Below, in pieces: positions 62,187-64,000 of a stretch of DNA of 64,000 nucleotides. Both the position numbers and the translations under genes were made by a program. The notes under the pieces were generated by a model. That model made no database searches. It saw nothing but the letters and a program-made list of their open reading frames with translations, and was not told the DNA's origin. The stretch comes from a bacterium. GTDB taxonomy: Bacteria > Hinthialibacterota > Hinthialibacteria > Hinthialibacterales > Hinthialibacteraceae. Location: contig CAXXMV010000006.1 of NCBI GenBank assembly GCA_963662285.2, positions 832,001 through 896,000 on the forward strand. The letters run 5' to 3'. The first letter of the stretch is position 1. Each line of letters begins with the position of its first letter.

Positions 62187-63050
62187 TTAAGTATTTCCAT
62201 GGGATTCATCTGACTGATCATCTGGTTGACTCATCATCATTTCGCCGGAAAATGGCGTAGTTTCGCTTGTGGTGATTGTTTTTTCTTGTTTCGCTTTAGC
62301 GGTTTCTTTTTCTCGTTGCGCCTTTTTTATTAAACGTTTTACGTTTTTGGTTGCCTCTTGAAATTCTTCGCCGCCTGAGATTTCTCGTTTAAAAACTTCT
62401 GATTCAAGGATTGTTTTAATATCTTCAATTTGGATTTGAACGCCGGGTGAAACGCGCCTAACTTCACGGCGAATAGATACAAGCACGGGATCGCTAAGAA
62501 TGATTGCGGCAAGACAAAATTTGTTCGTTGCTTGCTTCTGTGTATGAAAATCTTCAAGAGCGGATTTTCGGATCGCATCGCGTGTGAGGAGAAATAGCAT
62601 TTCAAGATGAGATTCATTTTTGGGATTTAAGTTGAGGATATTGAAATACAATATATGTTCATGCTCTATAGGGCGTTTAAATAAGATCCGGTAAACATGC
62701 CACTCTTGCACGTTTGTGAGGATAACCCATTCAACTCCATCGTTGGCGGCATAATCGACTACTTGCTTCAAGTGGTTGTCCTTAAGTTCAATCCCTATCG
62801 CTTTGACTTCAATTAGAACACTAATTTTACCATCAAGTTTAACTGCCAGATCACAATAGGTTCCTCGGATTGCATATTCGCTTGTTATTTCAGAATACTT
62901 ATCATAACCGAACATATCCCCCAGCATGTCTGTTGTAATGGTTACAGTATCAGATTCATTTATGTCGCGGTTTTTAGCAGATTCGATGATTGGCTGGAAT
63001 TTTTTAAGAGACTGAATTAAGCGTTCTTTGATGCGTTTCGGGATATCCAT
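62187..63050 (-). CDS. Stand-alone HsdR N-terminal-like PD-(D/E)xK nuclease protein
   Basis: NESDT, EYAIRGTYCD, IEVKA, QVVDYA, WVILTN. Confidence 0.8.
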   Translation of the reverse strand: MDIPKRIKERLIQSLKKFQPIIESAKNRDINESDTVTITTDMLGDMFGYDKYSEITSEYAIRGTYCDLAVKLDGKISVLIEVKAIGIELKDNHLKQVVDYAANDGVEWVILTNVQEWHVYRILFKRPIEHEHILYFNILNLNPKNESHLEMLFLLTRDAIRKSALEDFHTQKQATNKFCLAAIILSDPVLVSIRREVRRVSPGVQIQIEDIKTILESEVFKREISGGEEFQEATKNVKRLIKKAQREKETAKAKQEKTITTSETTPFSGEMMMSQPDDQSDESHGNT

Positions 63051-63290
63051 TTGCTTCTCCTTGAATATTTCTTGGGAATTTGAACTATTTACAAAATAAC
63101 AAAAAAATTATAAAAAAATAGTAGAATTTGATTTAAAATGGATAAAATAACTTTTTTTCATTTATCTTGAAGATAATATTCCTTATAAATGCGCAATTTT
63201 TATCAAAGTAAATCTAAAAGTTATGATTTGTCGCACTTATGGTATTTTTTATTTTTTACAACTCTACAGTAAATCGAAAATATGTATAAA

Positions 63291-63322
63291 AAAATGGGGC
63301 AATCGTAACGATTGCCCCAATT
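63291..63322 (-). terminator. Hairpin terminator after LamG gene
   Basis: TGGGGCAATCGT/ACGATTGCCCCA with T tract on minus strand. Confidence 0.8.
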
Positions 63323-63345
63323 CTGTTCTCAATCAAGCAACTCGA

Positions 63346-63999
63346 TTAATACAAAGACCAGTGATTAACCTCGACGGGTCCTGCGGCGCCGTGGAATGTT
63401 GCGTCGCGTCCGTTGCCGCTGATGTCGGTTAGAACGCCTTCTTCCATCTGGCGGGAGGTATAATACATCATTAAGCCGTTATCTTTCATTTCGCTGATAT
63501 TTTCCTCTTCGGGAGGCGTTCCCAGCAATGCTTGAATCTCGGTTTCGCTTAGGGCGCGGTTCCAAATTCGGATGTTTTCCATGGCGCCTTCATACAATGC
63601 GCCGTCTTCTGATAATGCGCCGATATACAGAGGCGTTCCGCCCCAGGGGAGCATGCCGAAGGCGTCCACGTCATCCACCAGCACTCCGTTGTAGTAGAGT
63701 TTCATTAATTCCATGTCGTAAGTTCCGCATAGATGCACCCATTGTCCGGCGGGCGGCATGGGGGCGGCGGCGTCTCCGGCATCTGGTACGAACATGTGGA
63801 TGCGGTTGCCGTACTGTGATCCTCCAAACAGACTGAATTCTTCACCAGAGCCGCCGCGGCCTACGATGCCCAGATTCGTCATTTGGCGGTCATGGAAAAC
63901 GGGAGTCAAATTCACCCAGGCCTCGATTGTGATATAGTCTATTTCAAATAAATCCGGATCATCAAAAACCGCGTAATTGGTTTGGCCGTCGAACACGAT
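63346..63999 (-). CDS. LamG/concanavalin-like domain protein, 5' truncated by window edge
   Basis: ITIEAWV, WVHLCGTYD, LYYNG, IRIWNRALSETEI, DISGNG; ends VEVNHWSLY. Confidence 0.85.
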   Translation of the reverse strand: MVFDGQTNYAVFDDPDLFEIDYITIEAWVNLTPVFHDRQMTNLGIVGRGGSGEEFSLFGGSQYGNRIHMFVPDAGDAAAPMPPAGQWVHLCGTYDMELMKLYYNGVLVDDVDAFGMLPWGGTPLYIGALSEDGALYEGAMENIRIWNRALSETEIQALLGTPPEEENISEMKDNGLMMYYTSRQMEEGVLTDISGNGRDATFHGAAGPVEVNHWSLY

Positions 64000-64000
64000 G

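Overview
This is a bacterial chromosomal window with mixed housekeeping and accessory content. The gene style (AFTLIELLIVVAIIGILAAIAVPNFLNAQ pilin, many Tat sulfatases, acidic secreted multidomain proteins) resembles Sumerlaeota/Hinthialibacterota-like lineages, which is an inference. It holds the end of an ABC exporter operon, two convergent tRNA genes (Arg-CCG, Ala-GGC) around a ~1980-aa secreted metalloprotease, tRNA-modification genes (U32/trhP-like, mnmA, tsaE, tsaB) and rimI. Other genes include uronate isomerase, two sulfatases, a Tat-exported FucI-like pair, a DNA cytosine MTase with an HNH gene, a RelE/HTH toxin-antitoxin pair and a ~13 kb type II secretion (gsp) cluster. The main unexplained signal is that five unrelated secreted-type proteins all end in the same short motif, [TV]-x-V-x-x-W-x-x-[FYQ]-COOH, a candidate new sorting signal. 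It lies in the same window as an atypical T2SS whose secretin has six NolW-like repeats and whose operon lacks gspG. Further signals are a candidate anti-Shine-Dalgarno sRNA behind ECF-type promoters, a 5-formyl-THF cyclo-ligase/TsaE fusion, a RAYT transposase remnant between perfect inverted repeats, and several REP-like families. All assignments come from motif recognition by eye; no searches were run.
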